Shown here piece by piece: positions 42,268-52,919 of a stretch of DNA of 64,000 nt. The notes beneath the pieces were generated by a model. The model was given only the letters and a program-made list of their open reading frames with translations, was not told the origin of the DNA and ran no database searches. The position numbers and the translations under genes are program-made. Location of the stretch: NCBI GenBank assembly GCA_964460065.1, contig CAYWPF010000006.1:12913-76912 (forward strand). The letters run 5' to 3'. Position 1 is the first letter of the stretch. The number at the start of each line of letters is the position of its first letter. Origin of the DNA: an uncultured Enterobacteriaceae bacterium. GTDB taxonomy: Bacteria > Desulfobacterota > Binatia > Bin18.

Positions 42268-43335
42268 TCATCCGAAAACTCGAAACCAATTCTCGCCGCC
42301 GTCTATGGTTCGAAGGACAATGCCATAGCCGCCTACGATCCATCCCGTTCGATCATCGAAGAAATCTACAGATCGGAGCCAAGTCGCAACGGGGACCCTT
42401 ACTTGCCATTGCTTCCACTTTTTACCTTCGAGGCGCAATACCCTGCCCGCAGCACCTACCATCCAACCCGTATTAGCTATCAGACAGGAAGCGTATAACG
42501 GTTCTGTAGCGAACAAATTTGTTTCCTGTCCATTTGCCATACCGGCATTCACGAATTTCCACGTCTCGCCACCGTCAGAAGTAACTGCGACCTTCCCCTC
42601 CAGACCGGACACCACTCCGTTTTGCGAATCAGAGAAAGAAATGCCAAAAAACGTGGGTAAGTTCAGGGCATCCGTGATCCCCGATTGACCAAGTAGACTA
42701 TTTTGCTGTTCAACCCAACTTTCACCCCCGTCAACAGTACGATAAATCTTGCCGAATTCTCCTGCGATCCAACCCCGATCCTTCTCTAGAAATTCGATGT
42801 CATAGAAAATAGGATCGACAAGAGCAAGTGTGGCATCCGCTCCCACGCCTTCAAGAGAAGGCTGTATATAACCCGACTCCCAATTCTCTCCGCCATCTAG
42901 GGTTTTCAGAAATGTAGCGCGGTCCCCGGCGGCCCAACCGTGACTCGCGTCGACGAACGTGATGGCGAAAATCGAGTCGACCATTCCACTTTCCTGGGCA
43001 TTCCAGGTACTTCCGCCGTCGGTCGTGTGTAACAGCACACCGTCCTGACCACTGATCCAACCGTTCTGTGAGTCGGGGAATGCGATACTATAAAGAGCTG
43101 CGTTCGTACCGCTTTGCTTTGACTTCCAACTTCGACCACCGTCTGATGTAACTAAAATCTTGCCGCCGTAACCGACCACGACCGCTTCGTCTTCGGAAAT
43201 CGCGTGAACGTCAAAAAATTTATCTGTCAATGAGAAAAGACTGGAATTAAGGGGCACTTCCTCCGCTCTCTGCTGACAGGCAGACAGAGTCAAGGAAAGC
43301 AAAAGGAAAGCACAATAAAGAAAATTTCTAACCAT
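42268..43335 (-). CDS. BNR/Asp-box repeat beta-propeller lipoprotein (Ycf48/HCF136-like)
   Basis: Lipobox LTLSAC. Six SxDGGxxW Asp-box repeats (TSDGGRSW, TTDGGSTW, TLDGGENW and others). Confidence 0.65.
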   Translation of the reverse strand: MVRNFLYCAFLLLSLTLSACQQRAEEVPLNSSLFSLTDKFFDVHAISEDEAVVVGYGGKILVTSDGGRSWKSKQSGTNAALYSIAFPDSQNGWISGQDGVLLHTTDGGSTWNAQESGMVDSIFAITFVDASHGWAAGDRATFLKTLDGGENWESGYIQPSLEGVGADATLALVDPIFYDIEFLEKDRGWIAGEFGKIYRTVDGGESWVEQQNSLLGQSGITDALNLPTFFGISFSDSQNGVVSGLEGKVAVTSDGGETWKFVNAGMANGQETNLFATEPLYASCLIANTGWMVGAAGRVLRLEGKKWKQWQVRVPVATWLRSVDFFDDRTGWIVGGYGIVLRTIDGGENWFRVFG

Positions 43336-43451
43336 TACCCACCCGACTCCGTTGGCTCTGCGACCTTATTTGTCTACTATCTTCTTCCGACCATTGCAAT
43401 GTCGGGCGTTGCCCGTCTTGCACATGCCTCCCTTACGTATTATGGCCGATT

Positions 43452-43460
43452 TGTTATAAT
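43452..43460 (+). promoter_or_regulatory. Candidate extended -10 promoter element (TGtTATAAT) upstream of icd
   Basis: Perfect TGnTATAAT about 55 nt upstream of the icd ATG. No convincing -35 element. Confidence 0.3.
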
Positions 43461-43515
43461 CCGGCCCGCGGTTTATTGGACCGATAGGACTCTACGGCGT
43501 TGAAAAGGAGAGAGT

Positions 43516-45744
43516 ATGACCACAGCAAAGATAACATGGACGCAGATAGACGAGGCACCGGCACTCGCAACGTTCGCCCTTCTACCGGTCGTTCAGGCAT
43601 TCACCAAGGACATGGGCATAGAAGTCGAACTCAGCGATATCTCTCTCGCCGGACGAATTATTGCGAATTTTCCAGACAATCTTACCGAAGATCAAAAAAT
43701 ACCGGACCGGCTCACTGAATTGGGTAATATGGCAAAGACGCCGGAGGCCAATATCGTAAAACTTCCAAACATCAGTGCCACAATTCCTCAACTGAAAGAG
43801 GCGATCAAAGAGCTCCAACACAACGGGTACGACATACCAGATTATCCTGAAGAACCCAAAACAGACGAGGAGTTATCCCTCCAAAACCGCTTTTCGGTGG
43901 TGCTCGGGTCAGCCGTCAACCCGGTATTGCGGGAGGGGAATTCAGACCGACGGGCGGCCGCATCGGTGAAGAAATTTGCACAAAAGAACCCGCACAAAAT
44001 GATGCAACAGTGGCCAGAGGGCGGCTCAAAAGCGCAAGTAGTACACATGGAAAATGGGGACTTTTTTGAGAGCGAGAACTCGATGACGATGGGCCGAGGC
44101 GACAACGTCCGCATTGAATTCGAAGGCAAAGGTGGGGAGATTACTGTTTTGAAGGCCGATTTTTCACTGCAAATGGGCGAGGTAATCGATACCGCTGTGA
44201 TGAAAATTAAGTCGCTACGCAAATTCTTCGAAGAGCAAATGAATGCTGCGAAAACCGACGGAGTGTTACTGTCCTTGCACCTCAAGGCCACAATGATGAA
44301 AGTTTCTGATCCCATAATGTTTGGTCATTGCGTGTCGGTCTATTTTCGAGAAGCGTTGGAAAAGCATGCCGTGACGCTGGAACGTATAGGAGCGAACGTC
44401 AACAATGGTGTCGCCGATGTTCTCACTAAGCTAGACAGGCTAACTCCTGAAAAGAAATCAGAAATAGAGGCGGACATCGAAGCTACATACGATGCAAGGC
44501 CGGCATTGGCAATGGTAGACTCTCGCCGAGGAATTACTAATCTCCACGTTCCTAACGATATAATCGTGGATGCATCGATGCCGAACGTCGTCAGAGATGG
44601 GGGTCGGATGTGGAATGCACAAGACGAACTCCAGGACACGATAGCTATGGTACCTGATCGTTCGTACGCTACAATGTACAAGGAAATACTCGAAGACGCG
44701 AAAAATCATGGTCAATTTGATCCCGCCACAATGGGGAGCGTATCAAACGTCGGTCTCATGGCGCAGAAAGCCGAAGAATACGGATCTCACGACAAAACAT
44801 TTGAAGCTCCCGATTCTGGTACGATTCGAGTCGTGAACAGCGCCGGAGAAACTTTGCTGGAACAAGCCGTAGAAACCGGCGATATTTTCAGAATGTGTCA
44901 GACGAAGGACGGGCCCATCAAAGATTGGGTCAAGCTTGCAGTGGCACGCGCGATGGCCTCGGGTTCCCCAGCTATTTTCTGGCTCGACGAACGAAGAGGC
45001 CACGATGTTGAAATTATGGCCAAGGTCGACCAGTATCTCTCCGAACACGAGACATCCAGGCTAGACATTCAAACAATGCGTCCACAAGAGGGAATGCGAT
45101 TCTCCTTAGAACGGATCCGCAGAGGCGAGAATACCATCGCAGTCACGGGTAACGTTCTTCGAGATTACCTCACCGACTTGTTTCCCATACTCGAACTCGG
45201 AACCAGCGCTCGTATGCTATCCATTGTGCCTCTCATGGAAGGTGGTGGCCTGTTCGAAACAGGGGCCGGCGGCTCCGCTCCCAAACACGTGCAACAGTTT
45301 CTGAAAGAGGGACATATCAGATGGGATTCACTGGGGGAGTATTGTGCATTGGTACCATCTTTGGAAATGGTCGCCCAGAATACCAAAAACCCTAAGGCAG
45401 TAATCCTCGCCGAAACTTTAGATCAAGCAGTTAGCGACTACTTCGAGAATGCGAAATCACCATCTCGAAAGGTCAACGAGATAGATAATAGAGGCAGCAC
45501 ATTCTACCTTGCAATGTATTGGGCCCGAGCTCTGGCATCCCAAAGCGATGATACGGAAATAAGCACACGTTTTCGCGCTGTCGCGGACCAGCTCGAAGCG
45601 AACGAGTCAAAGATCAACCAAGAAATGATCGCGGCGCAGGGACAACCAGTCGATGTCGGCGGTTATTATTTCCCCGATCCAACCAAAGCCACGGTTGCGA
45701 TGCGCCCCAGTTCAACATTCAACTCAATTATTGACAAAATGTGA
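43516..45744 (+). CDS. icd: Isocitrate dehydrogenase (NADP), monomeric type
   Basis: 742 aa. The N-terminus closely resembles Azotobacter/Corynebacterium monomeric IDH ([20 protein letters not shown]...ISLAGR...KLPNISA). AAAGGAGAG RBS. Confidence 0.92.
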   Translation: MTTAKITWTQIDEAPALATFALLPVVQAFTKDMGIEVELSDISLAGRIIANFPDNLTEDQKIPDRLTELGNMAKTPEANIVKLPNISATIPQLKEAIKELQHNGYDIPDYPEEPKTDEELSLQNRFSVVLGSAVNPVLREGNSDRRAAASVKKFAQKNPHKMMQQWPEGGSKAQVVHMENGDFFESENSMTMGRGDNVRIEFEGKGGEITVLKADFSLQMGEVIDTAVMKIKSLRKFFEEQMNAAKTDGVLLSLHLKATMMKVSDPIMFGHCVSVYFREALEKHAVTLERIGANVNNGVADVLTKLDRLTPEKKSEIEADIEATYDARPALAMVDSRRGITNLHVPNDIIVDASMPNVVRDGGRMWNAQDELQDTIAMVPDRSYATMYKEILEDAKNHGQFDPATMGSVSNVGLMAQKAEEYGSHDKTFEAPDSGTIRVVNSAGETLLEQAVETGDIFRMCQTKDGPIKDWVKLAVARAMASGSPAIFWLDERRGHDVEIMAKVDQYLSEHETSRLDIQTMRPQEGMRFSLERIRRGENTIAVTGNVLRDYLTDLFPILELGTSARMLSIVPLMEGGGLFETGAGGSAPKHVQQFLKEGHIRWDSLGEYCALVPSLEMVAQNTKNPKAVILAETLDQAVSDYFENAKSPSRKVNEIDNRGSTFYLAMYWARALASQSDDTEISTRFRAVADQLEANESKINQEMIAAQGQPVDVGGYYFPDPTKATVAMRPSSTFNSIIDKM

Positions 45745-45829
45745 TAACAACGAAAGAAGCGACGCATCCGCGACCAGGCGGAACCAATTTGCCCCTCGTC
45801 GGTCGGCGCCGTGAAATTGGGAGGTCCCG

Positions 45830-46813
45830 TTACTCCCTCTCACGTTGCGCAGCACGCCTTAGTCTGTCCATGATCGCAAGACCGATTCCTTCGTCTGGCA
45901 TAGTTTCCGCTACGATTCGGTCCAACCCCGCATTATCAAGTCGTCGAAGGGCCGCGAACAATTTGGCCGCCGCCTCCTCCATATCGCCCTTTTCTGATAG
46001 TACTTCTTTAGCAAGATACCCGACAGAATCGGTACGGGGCATTAACGTCAGGGATCCGAAACGTTCGCCGCGCCGAGGGGCTGGCAGCCGTTCTGCAGCT
46101 GAAACCAGGGTGATTCGGGTAAGCGGCGCATAATGTGAAGGAAGGGACCCTGGCGATCTTATAGCCGCGAGACTAGAGTTTCGTACACTAACGGGACCAA
46201 CCGCTTCCATTAACTCTTCAAGGGTAATCCCTCCGGGCCGAAGCACTGAAACACCCTCCTCATTCACATGACAGACGGTCGACTCAACACCAACAGCGCA
46301 AGGCCCTCCGTCGAGTATAAGATCTATAGAGTCACCAAGCGAATGCTCAACATGTGAGGCCATGGTAGGGCTAACGTATCCAAACTTATTCGCGCTCGGC
46401 GCCGCGATCGGGAAGGCAACTTCGGCCAATAATGCACGTGCGATCGGATGTGACGGGATTCTAATTGCTACTGTGTCGAGGCCGGCGGTCACTATGTCCG
46501 GTATGATAGGTCGCTTCGGCAAGACAAGGGTTAGTGGGCCAGGCCAAAAGCGTTCACCAAGCAATGAAGCCTTTTCCCCCAGTGGTCCAGTATAGGCGAC
46601 AACATCTTCGAGCGTCTCGACATGGACAATCAATGGATCGAATGAGGGACGTTTCTTCGCGGAAAAAATCCTCGCTACCGCCGCCTCGTCCAGGGCGTTT
46701 GCACCAAGTCCATAGACGGTTTCCGTCGGGAAAGCCACTATAGACCCCGCAGAAAGCTCTTTGGCCGCTCTCCGGAGCGCAGACCTATCGTTACCGTTCA
46801 GTATAGATGCCAT
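45830..46813 (-). CDS. L-threonylcarbamoyladenylate synthase (Sua5/YwlC type, YrdC domain plus Sua5 domain)
   Basis: FPTETVYGLGANALDEAAVARIFSAKKRP. The 327-aa start is chosen at MASILNG. The ORF-track start at 46858 is an alternative. Confidence 0.82.
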   Translation of the reverse strand: MASILNGNDRSALRRAAKELSAGSIVAFPTETVYGLGANALDEAAVARIFSAKKRPSFDPLIVHVETLEDVVAYTGPLGEKASLLGERFWPGPLTLVLPKRPIIPDIVTAGLDTVAIRIPSHPIARALLAEVAFPIAAPSANKFGYVSPTMASHVEHSLGDSIDLILDGGPCAVGVESTVCHVNEEGVSVLRPGGITLEELMEAVGPVSVRNSSLAAIRSPGSLPSHYAPLTRITLVSAAERLPAPRRGERFGSLTLMPRTDSVGYLAKEVLSEKGDMEEAAAKLFAALRRLDNAGLDRIVAETMPDEGIGLAIMDRLRRAAQRERE

Positions 46814-46861
46814 TCTTTTGAGGGTCCAGAAACTAGAACACGAAATAGCCGACAACAAAAA

Positions 46862-48865
46862 TTACTGCTGCCGCACTAGATACGTATAGCTCTCCAACAC
46901 CGCCTCATATTCACTGATGATTTCCTCTTCGAGTTCTCGCATCCCAGGGTCATTGTCACCTGCTTTTCGAAGGAGCGTCCGGAACTGCGCCAACAGTTCT
47001 TCGCGCCCATAATGAAACACGCTGAGTACATCCGTAACGGTTTGGCCGGCTACGATGTTCTCGACGCATGCGACACCATCATCATTCACGATGATGTCGA
47101 CGTCGTGAACATGTCCAAACAAGTTGTGATAATCTCCCATAACGTCCTGGTAGGCTCCGGTCAAAAAGACGCCGATGTAGTACGGCTGACCGTCCAATGA
47201 ATGTAGTTCAAGAGATTCCTTGATATTTCCCGTACCGACAAAGCGATCAACCTTCCCGTCCGAGTCGCAAGTCAGATCTGCTAAATATCCTCTCCGCCCG
47301 GCGCTCTCGTTCAGCCTATGAATCGGCATTATGGGAAATAGCTGGCCTAATGCCCAGGAATCGGGAATCGATTGGAAAACCGAGAAATTGCAAATGAATT
47401 TATGAGCTAAACGCCTCTCCAAATCTTCAAATTCTTCGGACAGATGTTTCGTGGCCTTGGCGCAGCTCAAGGCGCGGTCACAAGTGGCCCAATACAATTC
47501 CTGCCCCAATCCTCGATCTTCAAGTGACAGAAACCCTAAATTGAACAATGAAAACATTTCCTCTCTTTGCTCAAGAATATCATGGTAATACTCACTGTAA
47601 TTCTTTTCGTTAGTACCCAGGTAAATGTCGTACATTTCCTGAATGATTTCTGGTCGATTTTCAAGGTCATCCAACAACACGGGTCCGTTGCCCAGTGCAA
47701 TTTCGTCTATCGCATCAAAAACTAATATCGTGTGGGGAGCAGCGATCATTCTGCCCGTTTCTGTTAACACGGTTGGCTGGTCTACGCCCTCGCTTTCACA
47801 AATCTCCTTAACCGAATAAATAATGTCGTTCGCGTACTCTTGTACGGTATAATTCACACTCGATTCCGAAGCAGTCTGCGTCCCGTCATAATCGATACCG
47901 AGCCCGCCGCCCACGTCTAAACACTCCAAACTAGGGCACATCCGCCGAAGCTTCGCATAAGTTCTAGCAGCTTCCTTCACGGCATATTTCACTCGCCTGA
48001 TTTCGGTGACCTGTGACCCCACATGAAAGTGGAGAAGTCTGAGACAATCCATGAGTTTAGCATCTTGAAGCAGTCGCACCCCTTTTAAGAGGTCCGTTGT
48101 TGTGAAACCAAATTTGGATAGATCACCACTCGACTCTTCCCATTTACCACTCCCTCGAGCCGACAGTTTTAGCCTGAGACCAACAAGCGGGCTCACATTC
48201 AGACGCTGACTCAACACAACCAGCTGTTTAAGCTCCGTCAAACTCTCTAATACAACGAAGACCCGCTTTCCAATGTGTTTAGCCAACAAAGCAAGCCTCA
48301 AGTAATCTTGGTCCTTAACTCCGTTACAAACGACCGGCGATGCTTCGTTCTGGCACAGCGCCAGCGCAATAACTAATTCAGCCTTACTCCCCACCTCGAC
48401 CCCTACATCATACCTACTCCCAAAGCTCAGCACGTCTTCGACAACCCTTTTTTTCTGGTTAACCTTTATCGGATACACCGGAATATACTTTTGTGTGTAC
48501 CCAAACTCTTCGATGGCTGCACCGAAGGCATCCGTTAAGAGCTCTAATTGCCGCCCGAGTATCTGCGGGAACCGAAGGTTCACGGGGGTTGCGATACCGC
48601 GTTTTGTCAGCTCGCCAACCAAAGCTCTCAGCGAGATTCCGGTGGCACTTGAGGCACCTAACCTGCACACAACCTCCCCGCCTTCGTTTACTGAGAAATA
48701 ATCGCCACCCCAATTTTGAATGCGGTATAACCCAGCCGTTCCCACCGCCAGGTGAGAACCTATTTGTTGAGAATCACCGATACCTGTCATTGGCACGGAT
48801 GAACGCGTCGGCGAAGGCCCTGCCGGCCCTCGTGTGTCAGCACTATTCTTCATCCGGTCATCCAC
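46862..48865 (-). CDS. speA: Biosynthetic arginine decarboxylase
   Basis: NWGGDYF...PQIL...IPVYPIKVNQ and PLP/fold-III decarboxylase features. The exact start is uncertain. Confidence 0.88.
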   Translation of the reverse strand: MDDRMKNSADTRGPAGPSPTRSSVPMTGIGDSQQIGSHLAVGTAGLYRIQNWGGDYFSVNEGGEVVCRLGASSATGISLRALVGELTKRGIATPVNLRFPQILGRQLELLTDAFGAAIEEFGYTQKYIPVYPIKVNQKKRVVEDVLSFGSRYDVGVEVGSKAELVIALALCQNEASPVVCNGVKDQDYLRLALLAKHIGKRVFVVLESLTELKQLVVLSQRLNVSPLVGLRLKLSARGSGKWEESSGDLSKFGFTTTDLLKGVRLLQDAKLMDCLRLLHFHVGSQVTEIRRVKYAVKEAARTYAKLRRMCPSLECLDVGGGLGIDYDGTQTASESSVNYTVQEYANDIIYSVKEICESEGVDQPTVLTETGRMIAAPHTILVFDAIDEIALGNGPVLLDDLENRPEIIQEMYDIYLGTNEKNYSEYYHDILEQREEMFSLFNLGFLSLEDRGLGQELYWATCDRALSCAKATKHLSEEFEDLERRLAHKFICNFSVFQSIPDSWALGQLFPIMPIHRLNESAGRRGYLADLTCDSDGKVDRFVGTGNIKESLELHSLDGQPYYIGVFLTGAYQDVMGDYHNLFGHVHDVDIIVNDDGVACVENIVAGQTVTDVLSVFHYGREELLAQFRTLLRKAGDNDPGMRELEEEIISEYEAVLESYTYLVRQQ

Positions 48866-49185
48866 TTATAATCTCCTATAGCCGCCTTGCGCATTGCACC
48901 GACACTAGGGATGGTGCGCCGTCAAATCCGTTTGACGTCCCTTCCCTCTCTATTGCGCCTAGTGACCGTGATGACGGGCCTGGCGGTTACAGGCCCAAGG
49001 ATTTCTAGAAGGTAGGGAGCGAGAACTCAGGGTTTCCTCAATCGACTCACTCTCTTCGTTCAGACGTTTTCTGAATTTAAAGGCGAATCAGTATATAATT
49101 ACTTTTGCCCCCACTGTCAAAAGGACATTTTCGCGAGGTGGCTCTGTTGAGGTGTGCAATAGCTTCTATTACAATCCGCACCACT

Positions 49186-50073
49186 ATGGTCACGAATACA
49201 CCCAAAGCCGCTGGCCCCGTCACCATCGGACTTGTGCAGATGGCATGCTCTGATTCCCCTACAGCAAACCTCAATCGCGCTATATCCAGCATCCGAGAGG
49301 CCAGCGACAAAGGAGCACAGATTGTGTGTCTGCAAGAACTCTTCCGGTGCATCTACCCCTGCCAGAGTGAAAATACGGACAACTTTGCCCACGCCGAATC
49401 GATTCCCGGACCAACCACGACAGCACTCTGCAAAATGGCGGCGTCGGCCGAAATAGTGATAATTGCCCCATTATTCGAGAAGCGTTCGGCAGGTGTCTTT
49501 CATAACACGGCAGTGGTGATCGACGCAGACGGATCTATAGTCGGGCGCTACCGCAAAATGCATATACCCGATGATCCTCTATACTATGAAAAGTTCTACT
49601 TCACACCTGGAGATCTTGGGTTCCAGGCCGTGCCCACACGATTTGGGCCCATAGGCGTTTTAATTTGCTGGGATCAATGGTTCCCTGAAGCTGCTCGCCT
49701 TACCGCGATGGCGGGAGCACAGATTATTTTTTGTCCCACCGCCATCGCTTACCACCCCCAAGACAGCTCAGACCAACATGGTATTCAGCGCGAATCCTGG
49801 AAAATAATTCAACGTAGCCATTCTATAGCCAACGGTGTCTACCTAGCGGCGGTAAATCGCACTGGTTTCGAGGGGCAACTTCGGTTTTGGGGTACTTCAT
49901 TCGTCACCGATCCATCAGGTTGCATTATCGGTGAGGCAAGCGAAACTCAAGAAGAGACACTAATCGTTTCCTGTCTGCTAGACAAAATCGAGTCCACCCG
50001 GCAAGATTGGCCATTTTTTCGAGACAGGAGGATCGATGCATACGATGGCCTGACGAGGCGCCTTCTGGACTGA
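49186..50073 (+). CDS. aguB: N-carbamoylputrescine amidase (nitrilase superfamily)
   Basis: Nitrilase-superfamily E-K-C triad context (GVLICWDQWFPEAAR). ATG at 49186. The ORF-track extension is rejected. Confidence 0.85.
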   Translation: MVTNTPKAAGPVTIGLVQMACSDSPTANLNRAISSIREASDKGAQIVCLQELFRCIYPCQSENTDNFAHAESIPGPTTTALCKMAASAEIVIIAPLFEKRSAGVFHNTAVVIDADGSIVGRYRKMHIPDDPLYYEKFYFTPGDLGFQAVPTRFGPIGVLICWDQWFPEAARLTAMAGAQIIFCPTAIAYHPQDSSDQHGIQRESWKIIQRSHSIANGVYLAAVNRTGFEGQLRFWGTSFVTDPSGCIIGEASETQEETLIVSCLLDKIESTRQDWPFFRDRRIDAYDGLTRRLLD

Positions 50074-50128
50074 TCACCCTGTTCCAGCATTCGCCCGTTG
50101 GCCCCTCGTTCGAAAGGTCTTACACCGT

Positions 50129-51214
50129 ATGGAAATGTTGCAGAGGAGACCGTCCTGGTACGGATTTCGTATGCCCGCCGAATGGGAGCCTCATGCGGGG
50201 ACCTGGCTGGCTTGGCCACACAACGAAGATACATGGCCGGGCGGGCTACATGCGGTACGCGATCTCTATGTCGATGTTATACTATCTCTACATCTGAACG
50301 AGCGCGTCAACATTTATGCCAACAATGTGCAAGCGGTCGAAAGCCTGCTCGAAGCTTGCATTCGCAAAGAGATCGACGTCAGTCGCATTTGGGTGTGTGA
50401 AATCAGGACTGACGACGCCTGGGCGAGGGACCATGGTCCAATCTACCTGACTAGGGATTACCAAGGCGTCACCGAACTATGCATGACAAACTGGATATTC
50501 AACGCATGGGGCTCAAAATATGAGCCTCACTATAAAGATAATGCCGTCCCGGAGAACATCTCGCGTAAATCAAACCTGTACCAATTTCATTCCAAGTGTG
50601 TCCTTGAAGGGGGATCTATTGACGTTAACGGGCTCGGGATGTTGTTGACAACGGAATCATGTCTCCTAAACCCCAACAGAAATCCACACCTAACACGTCA
50701 CGAGATCGAATACGTGCTTATGTCACATTTGGGCGTCAGCCACGTTGGCTGGTTGGGAGAAGGAATTGCTGGTGATGATACGGATGGCCATGTAGATGAT
50801 ATTGCGAGATTTGTTGCTGAGACGACCGTCGTCACAGCCATCGAAGAAGATCCGACCGACGTCAACTTTAAGCCCCTCCAAGACAATCTCCGTCGGCTAA
50901 AAGCCATGCGAGATCAGAACGGGACCCCCCTACACGTCATAGAATTGCCTATGCCGCGTCCCATCTTCGATAGTGCCACGCGGCTCCCCGCCAGTTACAC
51001 TAATTTTTACATTGGCAATAAGACCGTACTCGTCCCAACTTTCGACCAGGCAAGCGACCACATCGCATTAGAGTTACTGAGAACGGTATTTCCCGGAAGA
51101 AAAATCACTGGAATTCCCTCGAAACAACTCCTGAGAGGACTAGGCGGAATCCACTGCATTACTACACAACAGCCCGCTTTCGAAAGAAGGTTTGGTCTAC
51201 ACGGCTTAGTCTAA
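50129..51214 (+). CDS. aguA: Agmatine deiminase
   Basis: RMPAEWEPH...WLAWPH N-terminal signature and a C-terminal GGIHCITTQ catalytic-Cys motif. The start could be the internal M at about 50171. Confidence 0.85.
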   Translation: MEMLQRRPSWYGFRMPAEWEPHAGTWLAWPHNEDTWPGGLHAVRDLYVDVILSLHLNERVNIYANNVQAVESLLEACIRKEIDVSRIWVCEIRTDDAWARDHGPIYLTRDYQGVTELCMTNWIFNAWGSKYEPHYKDNAVPENISRKSNLYQFHSKCVLEGGSIDVNGLGMLLTTESCLLNPNRNPHLTRHEIEYVLMSHLGVSHVGWLGEGIAGDDTDGHVDDIARFVAETTVVTAIEEDPTDVNFKPLQDNLRRLKAMRDQNGTPLHVIELPMPRPIFDSATRLPASYTNFYIGNKTVLVPTFDQASDHIALELLRTVFPGRKITGIPSKQLLRGLGGIHCITTQQPAFERRFGLHGLV

Positions 51215-51339
51215 ATATTCCGAGACAGCGGGGACATATCGGTGTCCTTTCCTCTCGCGGATTGCTGGCCGCATGGGTAAGTGGTCAGCCGTTCATCATC
51301 CGTGGTCGCTGCGCAGGCGTACTTCATTGTAACGGCGTT

Positions 51340-51828
51340 TCACCTACCCGGCGATTGTAAACAGTGCTTCATCCGGATGGCATCTTCCTGGCCGTTGTAA
51401 TATTTGGCCAGCCGATCGACAGGCTCATAACCGCAGCGTCGGTAAAATTTCTGCGCCTCCAAATTATTGGCCCTGACCTCTAACTCAACAGCTCTCAGAC
51501 CCCCCTCAATTGCAACGTGCTCTTGCCAAGATAAAAGATTCGTTGCAGTGCCCATTCGCCGATTATCTGGCCTCACGGCCAAAAGATTGAGGTGGGCATG
51601 TTCAAAACCGAAGTTCGCAATTGCAAATCCGACAACGGCACCCCCCTGCATAGCCATTAGTACATTCGTTGAACCATCCTGGATCTGCCTTCGGACCCGT
51701 TTTGCATTCCAGGTCCAAGGAAGTCCACGCTCCACGAGGTCTCTCGCCATTTGACCGATGACCTCCGCATGCCTGTTTGCGGCCAGCCGGAGTTCAGCAG
51801 GAGGGGATCCATGAATCTTTTGCATCAA
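51340..51828 (-). CDS. GNAT family N-acetyltransferase (RimI-like)
   Basis: Acetyl-CoA binding R/Q-x-x-G-x-A motif (RRMGTATNLL) and a GNAT fold pattern. Confidence 0.75.
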   Translation of the reverse strand: MMQKIHGSPPAELRLAANRHAEVIGQMARDLVERGLPWTWNAKRVRRQIQDGSTNVLMAMQGGAVVGFAIANFGFEHAHLNLLAVRPDNRRMGTATNLLSWQEHVAIEGGLRAVELEVRANNLEAQKFYRRCGYEPVDRLAKYYNGQEDAIRMKHCLQSPGR

Positions 51829-51957
51829 CGTTTTTTCACACCTAACTGCAAGGAATACCTTTCACTGCCCTCGGGTAACGCTCAAAAAATAGTCAATTCG
51901 CGCTAAAATCAATGGTCATGCGCGCATTCGTTCCTATTGTATGTAGCCGTTCCTTTT

Positions 51958-52680
51958 CTAGGGGCTGTCAATCAACTCCCAAAGATTATCAATCACAAAA
52001 TCAGCTTCATTTCTTCTAGAACTAATTCGATCGGGCCACGCCTCCTTTATAAGACCGGTCATGAGAACCGGAATCATTCCGATTGCTCGTGCGCCCTGGA
52101 GCTCTCCCGATCCCCCGTCTCCAATAAAAATACTATCTTCCGAGCGTACGCCTAGCTCCCTCAGACAAGCTCTATAAATTTCGGGTTCCGGCTTTGCGCA
52201 ACCGACTCGGCACGAGAAAATGACGCTGTCAAAAAAAGACGCTATCGGGGAATCGTACCAAGCAGCACATTCCATGACGTCAGCGTTACTGACAAGACCA
52301 ATTCTCTTGCCCAACAAACTCAACCGCTGAAAGAATTCCAGCGTGTCATCCGGGATATTGACGAGGGCCTCAGCAAATTTCTCTATTCGGGTTTCTGTCG
52401 CGCGTTCAACCGTCTGGCGAGAGATGCTCGGGTCAATCGCGCGAGCCAGACGCTCCACAATGATGAACGGTTCTGTTTCTACCCCGGAAAGCCTCTTCGG
52501 GGACCTTTCCAATAAGTGTTCGTTCCATATCTCCTTGCTCACCCCCAGCTCCTGGTACGTTCCCCATGTAGGATCTACGCGTACTAGCGTGTGGAACAGG
52601 TCAAAAACCAGCGCCTGCTTTTGTACAACAATTGCAGCTACCGACGACGTTTTCATGAATGACGTCACCGTAGTCGACAC
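51958..52680 (-). CDS. HAD superfamily hydrolase
   Basis: DxFxT-like motif I (VFDLFHTLV) and a C-terminal GDGGSGE motif. The start may be the internal M at about 52656. Confidence 0.65.
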   Translation of the reverse strand: MSTTVTSFMKTSSVAAIVVQKQALVFDLFHTLVRVDPTWGTYQELGVSKEIWNEHLLERSPKRLSGVETEPFIIVERLARAIDPSISRQTVERATETRIEKFAEALVNIPDDTLEFFQRLSLLGKRIGLVSNADVMECAAWYDSPIASFFDSVIFSCRVGCAKPEPEIYRACLRELGVRSEDSIFIGDGGSGELQGARAIGMIPVLMTGLIKEAWPDRISSRRNEADFVIDNLWELIDSP

Positions 52681-52919
52681 GCCGCCAATAAGAAATCCCC
52701 CACAAACATCGGCTAGCGGAGAAATGATTGGACTAATACCGTCGTTGACCTCCGCCCTTTTGTTTTGGAACTTTACTTACACTAGGTAGAATTTATGGTA
52801 TGAAACCCATGACGAAAAACCAAAGGAACAAAGCAGACATATTGTTCGGAATAGTTAGAGTTGCCTCTCAGTGAAAACCGAGTCCTCGACAAGTTCGTGT
52901 CGAGGGAAAGCGAGCCCAA

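Noticed and set aside
45767-45782. TCCGC-gaccag-GCGGA hairpin between convergent icd and tsaC as a bidirectional terminator
   Set aside because: The stem is only 5 bp with no adjacent U-run on either strand, which is too weak to call.
51226-51255. GGACA-tatcgg-TGTCC hairpin followed by TTTCCTCTC after aguA
   Set aside because: Short stem and a C-interrupted T-tract. It may be a weak terminator but was not listed as a feature.
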